This document shows, one piece after another, positions 1 through 9,142 of a stretch of 44,728 nucleotides of DNA (positions within the stretch are counted from its first letter, which is position 1; each line of letters starts with the position of its first letter). The stretch comes from an uncultured Sphingomonadaceae bacterium (GTDB lineage: Bacteria > Pseudomonadota > Alphaproteobacteria > Sphingomonadales > Sphingomonadaceae): contig CAXTHU010000001.1 in assembly GCA_964244125.1 (NCBI GenBank), forward strand, positions 1-44,728. The letters are read 5' to 3'. The position numbers were made by a program, and so were the translations under genes. The notes beneath the pieces are model-generated. The model did not search any database, was not told where the DNA came from, and saw nothing but the letters and a program-made list of their open reading frames with translations.

Positions 1-795
1 GAGGCCGGGCCGGCGCGCGAGACCCCGCCGGAGGCGATGTTCGGGCGCGAGCCGGTGACCGTCATCCTGTCCCAGCGCGGCTGGATCAGGGCGATGTCCG
101 GCCATCGCGACCTGGCCGCCGCCGATCTCGCCAGATTCAAGGAAGGCGACGGGCCGGCCTTCGCCTTCCACGCCCAGAACACCGACAAGCTGCTGCTCGT
201 CACCGCCGCCGGCCGCGCCTACACGCTGGCGGCCGACCGGCTGCCCGGCGGGCGCGGCTTCGGCGAGCCGGTGCGGCTGATGGCCGACCTGGAGGGCGAG
301 CAGCCGGTGGTGGCGCTGTTCGCCGCCGCATCGGCCGGGCGGCTGCTGCTGGCGTCGTCCGACGGGCGCGGCTTCCTCGCCCGCCCGGCCGAGATCGTCG
401 CCGAGACGCGCAAGGGACGCCAGGTGGTGAACCTGCGGGACGGCGCGACGCTGAAGGTGGTGCGGCCGGTGCCGCCCGCGGCCGACTATGTCGCGGCGAT
501 CGGCGACAACCGCAAGCTCGTCGTCTTCCCGCTGGCCGAACTGCCCGAGATGGCGCGCGGCGCCGGCGTGCAGCTGCAACGCTATCGCGACGGCGGCCTC
601 GCCGACGCGATCGCCTTCGCCTTCGCCGACGGCCTGTCCTGGCCGATGGGCGGAGGCAGCGGGCGGATGCGGACCGAGGCCGACCTGTCGCAATGGCGCA
701 CCGCGCGGGGTGCGGCCGGACGGATGCCGCCCCAGGGCTTTCCCCGCGACAACCGCTTCGCCGCCGACGGTCCGCCCGCGCCGCCAAGTGCCTGA
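1..795 (+). CDS. parC: DNA topoisomerase IV subunit A, C-terminal part (5'-truncated by the window edge)
   Basis: The frame is open from base 1. 'REPVTVILSQRGWIRAM', 'FKEGD', 'LPGGRGFGEP', 'ETRKGRQVVNL' and 'ELPEMARGAGVQLQRY' are typical of the alphaproteobacterial ParC C-terminal domain. Confidence 0.9.
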   Translation, partial: EAGPARETPPEAMFGREPVTVILSQRGWIRAMSGHRDLAAADLARFKEGDGPAFAFHAQNTDKLLLVTAAGRAYTLAADRLPGGRGFGEPVRLMADLEGEQPVVALFAAASAGRLLLASSDGRGFLARPAEIVAETRKGRQVVNLRDGATLKVVRPVPPAADYVAAIGDNRKLVVFPLAELPEMARGAGVQLQRYRDGGLADAIAFAFADGLSWPMGGGSGRMRTEADLSQWRTARGAAGRMPPQGFPRDNRFAADGPPAPPSA

Positions 796-841
796 TCCGG
801 CAGCGGTCGAAAGCAAGAATTAACCCTCGGCCTGTAGAGCG

Positions 842-2596
842 ATGGTCATGCGAGCGGCTTCAGCCAGGCATGGCGCGACTTGCGCCGACACGGCTCCGCC
901 CGGCGCGGCCGAGGTGTATGCGGGCGACATGTCCGGTCCGGGGGTCGACTGGTGGATCGCCGGACGCGCCCGCCAGAGCTTCCTGAACGCGCTGCCGATC
1001 GCCGCCGCCGTCGTCTCCGATCATGACGGCCGCATCCAGCTGGCCGCGGCCAACCCCGCTTTCGATCGCATGGAGGCTTCGTTCGGGGCGCCCGAGGCGG
1101 TGCCCTTCGGCGACGTCGTCGGCCGCTTCCTGTCGTCCCCCGACGAAAGCCACCAGTTCGACTGGACCACCGACGACACCGCCGGCGCGCGCCATTTCTG
1201 CGTCCGGCTGGCGCGGCTGGAACCGCTGGCCGACCAGCCGCTGCGCTGCCTCGTCTCGCTGGTCGATCGCACCGCCGAGGTGGAGAACGAACGCTCGCTC
1301 AGGGCCGAGATGCTGCACGACAGCCTCACCGGCCTGCCCAACCGGGTTGCCTTCGACGAGGCGCTGGAGGCGGTGACGGCGGCGACGGGGACCGGGACGG
1401 CCGATGCCGCCATCCTGGTGGTGAACCTGGCCCGGTTCAGCCGGATCAACGAATGCATGGGGTCGATCGCCGGCGACGAACTCATCATCACCGTCGCGCG
1501 CCGCCTGGTCTCGACATTGCGCGCCGGCGACGTGCTGGCGCGGATCGGCGGGGACGAGTTCGGCGTGCTGATGCGCGTGACCGCGGATGCCGCGGAGGCG
1601 CGCGAGGCGGCGAAGCGGATCGTCGCGACGCTCAGCCCGCCCTACCGCCTGTCCGACCTGGAGATCCGCATCGACTGCGCGGTCGGCTGCGCGATGGTGC
1701 GCGACGGCACCGGCTTCGCCGAGGACGTGGTGCGCAACGCCCAGTTCGCCTGCAAGCGCGCCAAGATGACCGGCGGGGTCGAGGTCTACCAGCCCGGCCA
1801 GGCGAGCGGCGTGCGCCGGCGCTTCTCGATCGAGACCGAGCTGCGCCGCGCGATCGAGGGCGAGAAGCTGGCGCTGGCCTTCCAGCCGCTGATCGACCTG
1901 ACCACCGGCCGCGTCACCGGCTTCGAATCGCTCGCCCGCTGGACGCATGAGGAGGAGGGGCCGATCTCGCCGGCCGAGTTCATCCCGGTGGCCGAGGAAT
2001 GCGGCCTGATCGTGCCGCTCGGCCGCTGGGCGCTGGATACGGCGCTGGCGACGCTGGCGCGGTGGGACCGGGCCGCCGGCGCGCCGCTGCCGCTGTCGGT
2101 CGCGGTGAACCTGTCGGCGATCCAGCTGATCCGCGACGACGTCGCCGCGATGGTCGAAGGCGCGCTGGCGGTCCACGGCATCGGCGGCCGGCGCCTGACC
2201 ATCGAGCTGACCGAGAGCGCCATCGTCCACGATCCCGAACGCGCCGCCTCCGTGTTGCAGGCGCTGAAGTCGCTCGACTGCTCGATCGCGATGGACGATT
2301 TCGGCACCGGCTATTCCAACCTCGCCTATCTCCAGAAACTGCCGATCGACGTGCTGAAGATCGACCGCAGCTTCGTGACCGGCATGCTGGCCGACCGCGA
2401 CAAGGTGTCGATCGTCCGCGCGATCCTGGGCCTGGCCGACGCACTCGGCATGCGGACCACGGCAGAGGGGATCGAGACGGTGGAACTGGGCCAGACGCTG
2501 TCGGCGCTCGGCTGCAACCTGGGCCAGGGCTACGTCTACGGCGCACCGATGCCGCCCGCCGACGCGCTGGCATGCTTTCGCGCGAGGGCGGGTTAG
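842..2596 (+). CDS. GGDEF-EAL c-di-GMP signalling protein, probably a phosphodiesterase; start uncertain
   Basis: HDSLTGLPNR, RIGGDEF, FQP..GFESLARW, IELTES, MDDFGTGYSNL, LKIDRSFV, AEGIET and GQGY motifs. Confidence 0.9.
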   Translation: MVMRAASARHGATCADTAPPGAAEVYAGDMSGPGVDWWIAGRARQSFLNALPIAAAVVSDHDGRIQLAAANPAFDRMEASFGAPEAVPFGDVVGRFLSSPDESHQFDWTTDDTAGARHFCVRLARLEPLADQPLRCLVSLVDRTAEVENERSLRAEMLHDSLTGLPNRVAFDEALEAVTAATGTGTADAAILVVNLARFSRINECMGSIAGDELIITVARRLVSTLRAGDVLARIGGDEFGVLMRVTADAAEAREAAKRIVATLSPPYRLSDLEIRIDCAVGCAMVRDGTGFAEDVVRNAQFACKRAKMTGGVEVYQPGQASGVRRRFSIETELRRAIEGEKLALAFQPLIDLTTGRVTGFESLARWTHEEEGPISPAEFIPVAEECGLIVPLGRWALDTALATLARWDRAAGAPLPLSVAVNLSAIQLIRDDVAAMVEGALAVHGIGGRRLTIELTESAIVHDPERAASVLQALKSLDCSIAMDDFGTGYSNLAYLQKLPIDVLKIDRSFVTGMLADRDKVSIVRAILGLADALGMRTTAEGIETVELGQTLSALGCNLGQGYVYGAPMPPADALACFRARAG

Positions 2597-2630
2597 GGTG
2601 GCCGTGACGGGCAGGCCGCTCGAACTTCAA

Positions 2631-2667
2631 GGCTTTCCCAGGTGAGCCCCGGCCTGCGCCCGGGAAC
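2631..2667. repeat. Single degenerate arm of REP-like family A
   Basis: 32/37 match to the reverse complement of 31247-31283. It lies between two convergent genes. Confidence 0.7.
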
Positions 2668-2670
2668 AGC

Positions 2671-3879
2671 CTAACGTCCCGCCAGCGCCCGCCCCGCCTC
2701 CTCGGCCGCGATCGCCTCCGCCCGCGCGGCATCCGGGAACCCCTCCGCCACCCAGCGCCGCTCCACCGCCCGCAACGTTGCCGCCACCACCGGCCCCGCC
2801 GCCAGCCCCAGCGCGATGAGGTGGCCGCCGCTTATCGACAGGCGGGGGCGGGTCCAGCGGGTGAGCGCGGCGAGGTCGGCGGCGTCGCCCTCGCCCAGCA
2901 GCAGCCGGTCCACCGCCGCGTCGCGGCCGAGACGATAGGCGAGCGCCGGGGCGGGGAGCGGCTCGATCGGGGTCGCCGCCGCCGCCATCCGGTCGCGCGC
3001 GGCGCGTGACAGGCGCAGGCGGGCGGCGACGTCCGCCGCGACTGCGGGATCGGCGGGCAGCAGCGCCGCCAGCCGGCGGAGCGCGGCGGGGGCGATATCG
3101 AACGCCACCTCGCGCGCGACCAGCCGCCCGAGCCGCTCCACCCCGCGCGCGTCGATCTCGGGCAGGACCGGCCGCCAGATGCCGCGATCGAGCATGAGCC
3201 GGACGGTGGCGGCCGGATCGGGCAGGCCGAGCAGCTTGCATGTCTCGTCGGCGATGCGTTCGCGCGACAGCGCCATCAGGTCGTTGGCGCGGCCGGCGCA
3301 GGCGGTCAGGCCCGCCGCGTCCGGCGCGCCGGCGCCGAAGCGGGCGTGGAAGCGGAAGAAGCGCAGGATGCGCAGATGATCCTCGGCGATGCGGGTCAGC
3401 GGATCGCCGATGAAGCGCACCAGCCGCCGGTCGAGATCGCCGAGGCCGCCGAAATAATCATGGACCCCCGCCGCCCCGGCCAGCCCGAACGCCGGCCCGG
3501 CGGACAGCGCGTTGATGGTGAAATCCCGCCGCGCCGCATCCTCCCGCCAGTCGTCGGTGAAGGCGACGGTCGCATGGCGGCCGTCGGTCGCGACGTCGCG
3601 GCGCAGCGTCGTCACCTCCACCGGCCCGTCCGGCAGCACGGCGGTGACGGTGCCGTGGGCGAGGCCGGTCGGCACCGCCTTCAGCCCGGCGCCGCCGATC
3701 CGCGCGACGACGTCGGCCGGCGCCAGCCGGGTGGCGAGATCGACGTCGGCCACGGGCAGGCCCAGCAGCGTGTCGCGCACCACCCCGCCGACGAAGCGGG
3801 TCTCGCCGACGCCCGCGTCGAGCGCGTCGAGCAGCCGGTCGAGCCCCGGCCGCCGCCGCCACGCCGCGTCAGCCGGCAA
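2671..3879 (-). CDS. cca: CCA tRNA nucleotidyltransferase
   Basis: FVGGVVRDTLLG..DVDLAT, EVTTLR, DAARRDFTINAL and EDHLRILRFFRF motifs. Confidence 0.9.
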   Translation of the reverse strand: MPADAAWRRRPGLDRLLDALDAGVGETRFVGGVVRDTLLGLPVADVDLATRLAPADVVARIGGAGLKAVPTGLAHGTVTAVLPDGPVEVTTLRRDVATDGRHATVAFTDDWREDAARRDFTINALSAGPAFGLAGAAGVHDYFGGLGDLDRRLVRFIGDPLTRIAEDHLRILRFFRFHARFGAGAPDAAGLTACAGRANDLMALSRERIADETCKLLGLPDPAATVRLMLDRGIWRPVLPEIDARGVERLGRLVAREVAFDIAPAALRRLAALLPADPAVAADVAARLRLSRAARDRMAAAATPIEPLPAPALAYRLGRDAAVDRLLLGEGDAADLAALTRWTRPRLSISGGHLIALGLAAGPVVAATLRAVERRWVAEGFPDAARAEAIAAEEAGRALAGR

Positions 3880-4447
3880 GGCGCGCGCCGAGGTTGACGA
3901 TCATCGCCGCCGTCGCCCCCCAGATGCGCCGGTCGCCCCAGACGATCTCGTAATAGCGCCGCTCCCGCCCGCGCCATTGGCCGGTCCGCTCGACCCGGTT
4001 GGCGATGTCGAGGACGAAGCCGAGCGGCACCTCGAACAAGGCCGCCACCTCGCGGTCGTGCGGCTTGAGCGGCAGGTCGGGCGGGACGAGGCCCAGGACC
4101 GGCGTGATGCTGAAGCCGCTGCCGGTGCGATAGACGTCGGTCGCGCCGATCACGTCGACCCGGGGGCCGGGCAGCCCGATCTCCTCCTCCGCCTCGCGCA
4201 GCGCCGCGGCGATCGGGCCGTCGTCGCCCGGATCGACACGGCCGCCGGGAAAGGCGACCTGGCCGGGATGGTGGCTCAGCGTCTCGGTGCGCAGCGTCAG
4301 CAGCAGCGTCGGCGCGGGCCGGTCGACCACCGCCATCAGGACGGCGGCGGGGGTCTCCGCATCCGGCGTGTCGTCGCCAAAGTCGCCCTCCAGCAGCGCC
4401 GGGCCGGCGTGCGCGAGACCGGCGGCCAACCGGGCGCGCAGGGTCAT
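3869..4447 (-). CDS. Nudix CoA pyrophosphatase
   Basis: HPGQVAFPGGRVD..AALREAEEEIG Nudix box and IWGATA. ATG at 4447 overlaps the DUF1285 stop (ATGA). Confidence 0.88.
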   Translation of the reverse strand: MTLRARLAAGLAHAGPALLEGDFGDDTPDAETPAAVLMAVVDRPAPTLLLTLRTETLSHHPGQVAFPGGRVDPGDDGPIAAALREAEEEIGLPGPRVDVIGATDVYRTGSGFSITPVLGLVPPDLPLKPHDREVAALFEVPLGFVLDIANRVERTGQWRGRERRYYEIVWGDRRIWGATAAMIVNLGARLAG

Positions 4448-5013
4448 GCGGCCGGCCCCAGCGGCATGAACGCGCCGTCGCTCCACAGGCCCGGCGGATC
4501 GGCCTCCTCGTCGAGCGCGAGGGCGGCCAGCTCGTAATAGACCGGCCGCGCGATCAGCGCGTCGAGGCCGCCGCGGACGTGGAGATAGGGGTGCGGGCCG
4601 TCGTCCCGCGTCTCGATCCGCAGGGGATGCGCCGCCGACGCCACGACCAGGTCGCCGGTGTTGAGGCGGAAGGCCAGGCGGCGGCCGCGCCCTTCCCCCT
4701 CGCTCGTCAGCTCGACCGCGACGAAGGGCGCGTCGTCCACCGCGATGTCGAGCTTCTCGGCCGGGGTCACCAGCACGAAGCGGCCGTCCGCCTCGCGCCT
4801 GAGGATGGTGGAGAACAGCCGCACCATCGCCGGCCGGCCGATCGGCGCGCCTTCGTGGAACCAGGTGCCGTCGGCGGCGATGCGCATCGCGCTGTCGCCG
4901 CAATGGCTCGGGTTCCATTGCCCGACAGGCGGCAGCCGCCGCTCGTCGGCCATGCGGGCGATCTCGACGAGCGACAGCCCGCTGAGGTCGGGCAGGGGTT
5001 CGGGGGAGGGCAT
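4444..5013 (-). CDS. DUF1285 family protein
   Basis: LPPVGQWNPSHCGD..MRIAADGTWFHEG.PI.R..MVRLFSTILR, LVTPAEK and DAPFVAV. It occupies the usual position upstream of the Nudix gene and cca. Confidence 0.85.
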   Translation of the reverse strand: MPSPEPLPDLSGLSLVEIARMADERRLPPVGQWNPSHCGDSAMRIAADGTWFHEGAPIGRPAMVRLFSTILRREADGRFVLVTPAEKLDIAVDDAPFVAVELTSEGEGRGRRLAFRLNTGDLVVASAAHPLRIETRDDGPHPYLHVRGGLDALIARPVYYELAALALDEEADPPGLWSDGAFMPLGPAA

Positions 5014-5017
5014 CGCG

Positions 5018-5506
5018 CTAGGTAGGCCGCGACGGCCGCGCGCGCAAAGCGCCGTGCGCCGGAAGCCGCGCCTCCGGCGACAGCCGCGCCAGCAGCCGCC
5101 GCCGCTCGACCGGGCCGGGCAGGCGCCAGCCGGCGGTGGCGGCGGCGTCGAAGCCGAAGCGGCCGTAATATTCCGGGTCGCCGATCAGCACCGTCGCGCC
5201 GATCCCGCCGGCGTCGATGGCGGCGAGCGTGCGCGTCGTGATCGCCCGGCCCAGGCCGCCGCGCTGGCGATCGGGGCGGACGGCGATCGGCCCGAGCAGG
5301 AGCAGCGGCGCGATCGTGCCGTCGTCGCCGGCCAGCGCCACCTCCCAGCTCTGGGTCGAGGCGAGCAGCGCGCCCGCCTCGTCGATCGCCGCCAGCGACA
5401 GCCGCGGCACCGCCGCCAGCCCCGCGCGCAGGCGATAGGCCGTGCGGCCCCGCCGGTCGGCGCCGAAGGCGGCGTCGAGCAGCGCCTCCACCTCATGCGC
5501 GGGCAC
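5018..5506 (-). CDS. GNAT family N-acetyltransferase; true start possibly further upstream (about 5542)
   Basis: LLGPIAVRPDRQRGGLG (acetyl-CoA motif A) and LIGDPEYYGRFGF. Confidence 0.82.
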   Translation of the reverse strand: MPAHEVEALLDAAFGADRRGRTAYRLRAGLAAVPRLSLAAIDEAGALLASTQSWEVALAGDDGTIAPLLLLGPIAVRPDRQRGGLGRAITTRTLAAIDAGGIGATVLIGDPEYYGRFGFDAAATAGWRLPGPVERRRLLARLSPEARLPAHGALRARPSRPT

Positions 5507-5651
5507 GTCCGAGAGCGGCTGGAAGGCGACGGTGGCGATGATGGCGAGGCTCCGACAGCGCGGTTGGATGGCGCCACGTAGCTATGCCGGGCGAAACGGC
5601 AAGGGGAGCGCCGGCCTTGCCCCGCCGGCCGGCCCCGATTAACCGGCGGCG

Positions 5652-6023
5652 ATGGAAGACAGCCTCCAGCTCCAGGTCGACGACATCGAGGTGGCGGTGC
5701 TGACCGGCATCTATTCGGAGGAGACGCACCTGCCGCAGCCGCTGCGCATCTCGATCGAGGCGGAGCTGGATTGCCCGGACAGGTTCGATGCCGTCACACC
5801 GCTGTCGGCGTCGAAGAACTATCTCGACCTGAAGCGCGCGGCGACCGAGGCGCTGCCGGCGGGGTGCCACTTCACCCTGATCGAGGCGGTGGCGGACCAT
5901 ATCTGCGAGACCCTGTTCGTCGGCGATGCCCGCGTGCGGCGGGTGGCGGTGAAGATCGTCAAGCTCGCCATCTCGCGGAACGGCGAGTCCATCGGCATGC
6001 GTCTCGTGCGGCACCGGCCGTGA
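5652..6023 (+). CDS. folB: Dihydroneopterin aldolase
   Basis: TGIYSEE...PQPLRI, NYLDL, HFTLIEAVA and VKIVK motifs. Translationally coupled to a pteridine-reductase-like SDR. Confidence 0.8.
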   Translation: MEDSLQLQVDDIEVAVLTGIYSEETHLPQPLRISIEAELDCPDRFDAVTPLSASKNYLDLKRAATEALPAGCHFTLIEAVADHICETLFVGDARVRRVAVKIVKLAISRNGESIGMRLVRHRP

Positions 6024-6787
6024 CGCTCGCGCTCGTCACCGGCGGGTGCCGTCGCATCGGGGCGGCGATCGCGGCACGGCTGGCGGCGGCCGGCCATGAT
6101 CTGGCGCTCCATGCCCACAGCGCCGATGCCGCGCCGGAGGAGGCGCTGGCCGCCGCGATCGCGGCGGGCGGCGTTTCCTCGCAGGTCTTCCCTGCGGACC
6201 TTGCCGACGCGCGGGCGGTGGAGGCGCTGGTCGGCCAGGTGGCCACTCATTTCGGCCGCGCGCCCGACATACTGGTCAACAACGCCTCGCGCTTCGGCTT
6301 CGACACGCCCGAAAGCGTCACCCAGCCCGGCATGCTGGACTATTACACGGTGAATTGCGCGGCGCCGGCGGTGCTGGCCCGCGCCGTGGCGGCGGCGGCC
6401 GGGCCGGAGCGGACGGCGACGATCGTCAACATCCTCGACCAGCGGATCGCCCAGCCCAACGGAGACCAGCTGAGCTACACGCTGTCGAAGCTCGCCCTCT
6501 CCGAGCTGACCGGCATCCTCGCCCACCATCTGGCGCCGCATGTCCGCGTGGTCGGGGTGGCGCCGGGGCTGACGCTGCCGACGGAGGATTATTCGGCCGG
6601 GCAGATGGCGCGGCTGGCGGCCGCCATGCCGCTCGCCCGCCTGCCGACGCCGGCGGACATCGCCGATGCGGTCATGTATCTCCTGTCGGCCGGCGCGGTG
6701 ACCGGCCAGACGCTGTTCGTCGACGGCGGCGCGCATCTCCGCCGCTACGATCGGGACTTCATGTTTCTGGAGCGGGACGGAGGTTAG
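6020..6787 (+). CDS. SDR oxidoreductase, pteridine/dihydromonapterin reductase-like
   Basis: TGGCRRIG, LVNNAS, catalytic YTLSK and TGQTLFVDGG. The GTG start overlaps the folB TGA. Confidence 0.85.
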   Translation: MTLALVTGGCRRIGAAIAARLAAAGHDLALHAHSADAAPEEALAAAIAAGGVSSQVFPADLADARAVEALVGQVATHFGRAPDILVNNASRFGFDTPESVTQPGMLDYYTVNCAAPAVLARAVAAAAGPERTATIVNILDQRIAQPNGDQLSYTLSKLALSELTGILAHHLAPHVRVVGVAPGLTLPTEDYSAGQMARLAAAMPLARLPTPADIADAVMYLLSAGAVTGQTLFVDGGAHLRRYDRDFMFLERDGG

Positions 6788-6833
6788 CGATCCCGGCCTC
6801 GAACATCCTGCAATGGCGTGCTAATCATTTCGG

Positions 6834-8711
6834 ATGCGATCGAATCTCTTCGGCCTGAACCGCTCGCTGGGCCTCGCCATCCTGGCCATCGCGCTGGTGT
6901 CGGCGATCGGCAGCGGGCTGGCGCTGGCGGCGCTGGGCGACCTCCAGGCGGCGACGGCGGCGCGGGGCCGGTCCAACGAGATCATCGCCGAGCTGAACGG
7001 CTTCGAGGCGGCGATGCTGAACCAGGAGACCGGCGTCAGGGGCTATCTGCTCACCGGCCGTGGCGCCAGCCTGGACCCCTATGTCGCCGGGCGGCTGTCG
7101 CTCGACGGATCGATCGCGCGGCTGGCGCGGCTGGTCGCCGCCGATCCGGTCCAGCGCGACCTCCTCGCCCGGTCGGTCCGCGCCGCGCGCGACTGGCAGG
7201 CGACGGTCGGCGCGCCGATCGTCGGGCTGATGGTCGATCCGGCGACGCGGGCGCGGGCGCGGGCGCTGGAGGCGAAGGGAGAGGGCAAGGCCAGGTTCGA
7301 TGCCTTCCGCGCGCGGCTCGCCCGGATCGAGGCGCGGGAAAGGCGGTCGCTGGAGATCCAGGGCGCCGTCGTCCGGCGGGCCAGCGGCATGGCCACCTTC
7401 GTGCTGCGGACGGCGGCGATCGTCACGATCCTGATCTGCATGGGCGTCGGCCTGGCGATCGGCCGCGTGGTGGTGCGGCCGCTGGTCGCGCTGGCCGACG
7501 TGATGGGCCGGCTGGTGCTGCGCGACACCGACGTCGCCATCCCCAGCATCCGCCAGCGCAACGAGGTCGGCGCGATGGCCCGCGCGGTACAGGTGTTCAA
7601 GAACAGCCTGATCGAGCTGGACCGGACCTCGGTGCTGCGCGTCACCGCCGACACGCTGCCGGCGATGGTCGGCTATGTCGATGCCGACCGGCGAGTCGGT
7701 TTCCTGAACGGCGAGTTCGCCCGCTGGTTCGATTTCGCCGAGGGCGAGGTGGCCCGGGTGCAGGGCCAGCCGCTGGAGCGGGTCTTCCCCAAGGGCGTAT
7801 TCCCCGGCGTCGGCGCGGAGCTGACGGCGGCGCTGGCGGGCGAGGAAGCGCGCTTCGCCGGCCGGCTGGCGCCGAAGGGCGGGCCCCCGCGCGACATCGA
7901 GGCCTATTACCGGCCGCATCTGGCGCCCGACGGCCGGGTGCTGGGGGCGGTGACGCTGCTGACCGACGTCACCGACCGCAAGGATATCGACCGGCGCCTG
8001 CGCCACCAGGCGCACGACCTGCAACGTTCCAACGAGGAGCTGGAGCAGTTCGCCTATGTCGCCTCGCACGACCTGAAGGCGCCGCTGCGCGGGATCGAGA
8101 ATCTGGCGAGCTGGATCGAGGAGGACCTGGCCGAGGCGCTGACCGGCGCCACGCGCACCAACATGGACCTGCTGAAGAGCCGGGTGCGGCGGCTGGAAAG
8201 CCTGCTCGACGATCTCCTCGCCTATTCGCGCGCCGGGCGCGACGACACGGTGGTGCGGACGGTGGATGCCCGCGCGCTGGTGGACGAGCTGGCGCTGCTC
8301 ATCAGCCCGCCGACGGGCTTCGCCATCGTCGCCGGCGACACGCTGCCGACGCTGTCGGCGGCGCAGGCGGCGCTGGCGCAAGTGTTGCAGAACCTGATCG
8401 GCAATGCGGTGAAGCATCATCCGGCGCCCGCCGGCGGCCATGTCTGGGTCGATGCCGCGCCCCCGGCGGACGGCATGATCGCGTTCCGCGTCGCCGACGA
8501 CGGCCCCGGCATTCCGGAGAAGTTCCGCGACCGCGTGTTCGGCATGTTCCAGACATTGCGCCCGCGCGACGAGGTGGAGGGTAGCGGCATGGGCCTCGCG
8601 ATCGTAAGAAAGCTCGTCGAGCGGCAGGGCGGCAAGGTGTGGCTGGCGGCACGCGACGGCGGCGGCCTGGCGGTGCATTTTACGTGGCCCGCCATCGCAG
8701 GGGAGATGTGA
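6834..8711 (+). CDS. Membrane sensor histidine kinase (CHASE3-HAMP-PAS-HisKA-HATPase)
   Basis: Two TM segments around NQETGVRGYLLTG (CHASE3), HAMP 'NEVGAMARA', a PAS region, H-box FAYVASHDLKAPLR, and N/G boxes NLIGNAVKH, DDGPGI and GSGMGLAI. Confidence 0.9.
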   Translation: MRSNLFGLNRSLGLAILAIALVSAIGSGLALAALGDLQAATAARGRSNEIIAELNGFEAAMLNQETGVRGYLLTGRGASLDPYVAGRLSLDGSIARLARLVAADPVQRDLLARSVRAARDWQATVGAPIVGLMVDPATRARARALEAKGEGKARFDAFRARLARIEARERRSLEIQGAVVRRASGMATFVLRTAAIVTILICMGVGLAIGRVVVRPLVALADVMGRLVLRDTDVAIPSIRQRNEVGAMARAVQVFKNSLIELDRTSVLRVTADTLPAMVGYVDADRRVGFLNGEFARWFDFAEGEVARVQGQPLERVFPKGVFPGVGAELTAALAGEEARFAGRLAPKGGPPRDIEAYYRPHLAPDGRVLGAVTLLTDVTDRKDIDRRLRHQAHDLQRSNEELEQFAYVASHDLKAPLRGIENLASWIEEDLAEALTGATRTNMDLLKSRVRRLESLLDDLLAYSRAGRDDTVVRTVDARALVDELALLISPPTGFAIVAGDTLPTLSAAQAALAQVLQNLIGNAVKHHPAPAGGHVWVDAAPPADGMIAFRVADDGPGIPEKFRDRVFGMFQTLRPRDEVEGSGMGLAIVRKLVERQGGKVWLAARDGGGLAVHFTWPAIAGEM

Positions 8712-8712
8712 G

Positions 8713-9141
8713 ATGGCGACACCGACGGTCAACCTGCTGCTGGTCGAGGACGACGAGGTCGACGTCCAGGGGCTGAAGCGCGCCTTCATGAAGAGCCGCA
8801 TCGGCAATCCGATCGCGGTCGCCCGCGACGGGATCGAGGCGCTGGAGATCCTGCGCGGGGAAAACGGCCGCGACAAGCTGCCCAAGCCGCATCTGGTGCT
8901 GCTCGACCTCAACATGCCGCGCATGAACGGCATCGAGTTCCTGGAGGTGATCCGCGCCGACGAGGATCTGAAGAACACGGTGGTGTTCATGATAACCACC
9001 TCCAAGGCCGACGAGGACAAGGCCCGCGCCTACGGCCACAACGTCGCCGGCTATATCGTGAAGCAGGATCCGGCGAATACCTTCATGGAGGCGGTGTCGC
9101 TCCTGGAGCATTACTGGAAAATCGTCGAGTTCCCGCAGTAG
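8713..9141 (+). CDS. Single-domain response regulator (Rcp1-like)
   Basis: LLVEDD, LLDLNMPRMNG, TTS and YIVK motifs. Confidence 0.9.
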   Translation: MATPTVNLLLVEDDEVDVQGLKRAFMKSRIGNPIAVARDGIEALEILRGENGRDKLPKPHLVLLDLNMPRMNGIEFLEVIRADEDLKNTVVFMITTSKADEDKARAYGHNVAGYIVKQDPANTFMEAVSLLEHYWKIVEFPQ

Positions 9142-9142
9142 C

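Noticed and set aside
815-830. Isolated TTAA/TTAACC half-sites (820, 5639, 28083)
   Set aside because: None has a partner half-site at 11-bp spacing, so they are too weak to call as CtrA sites.
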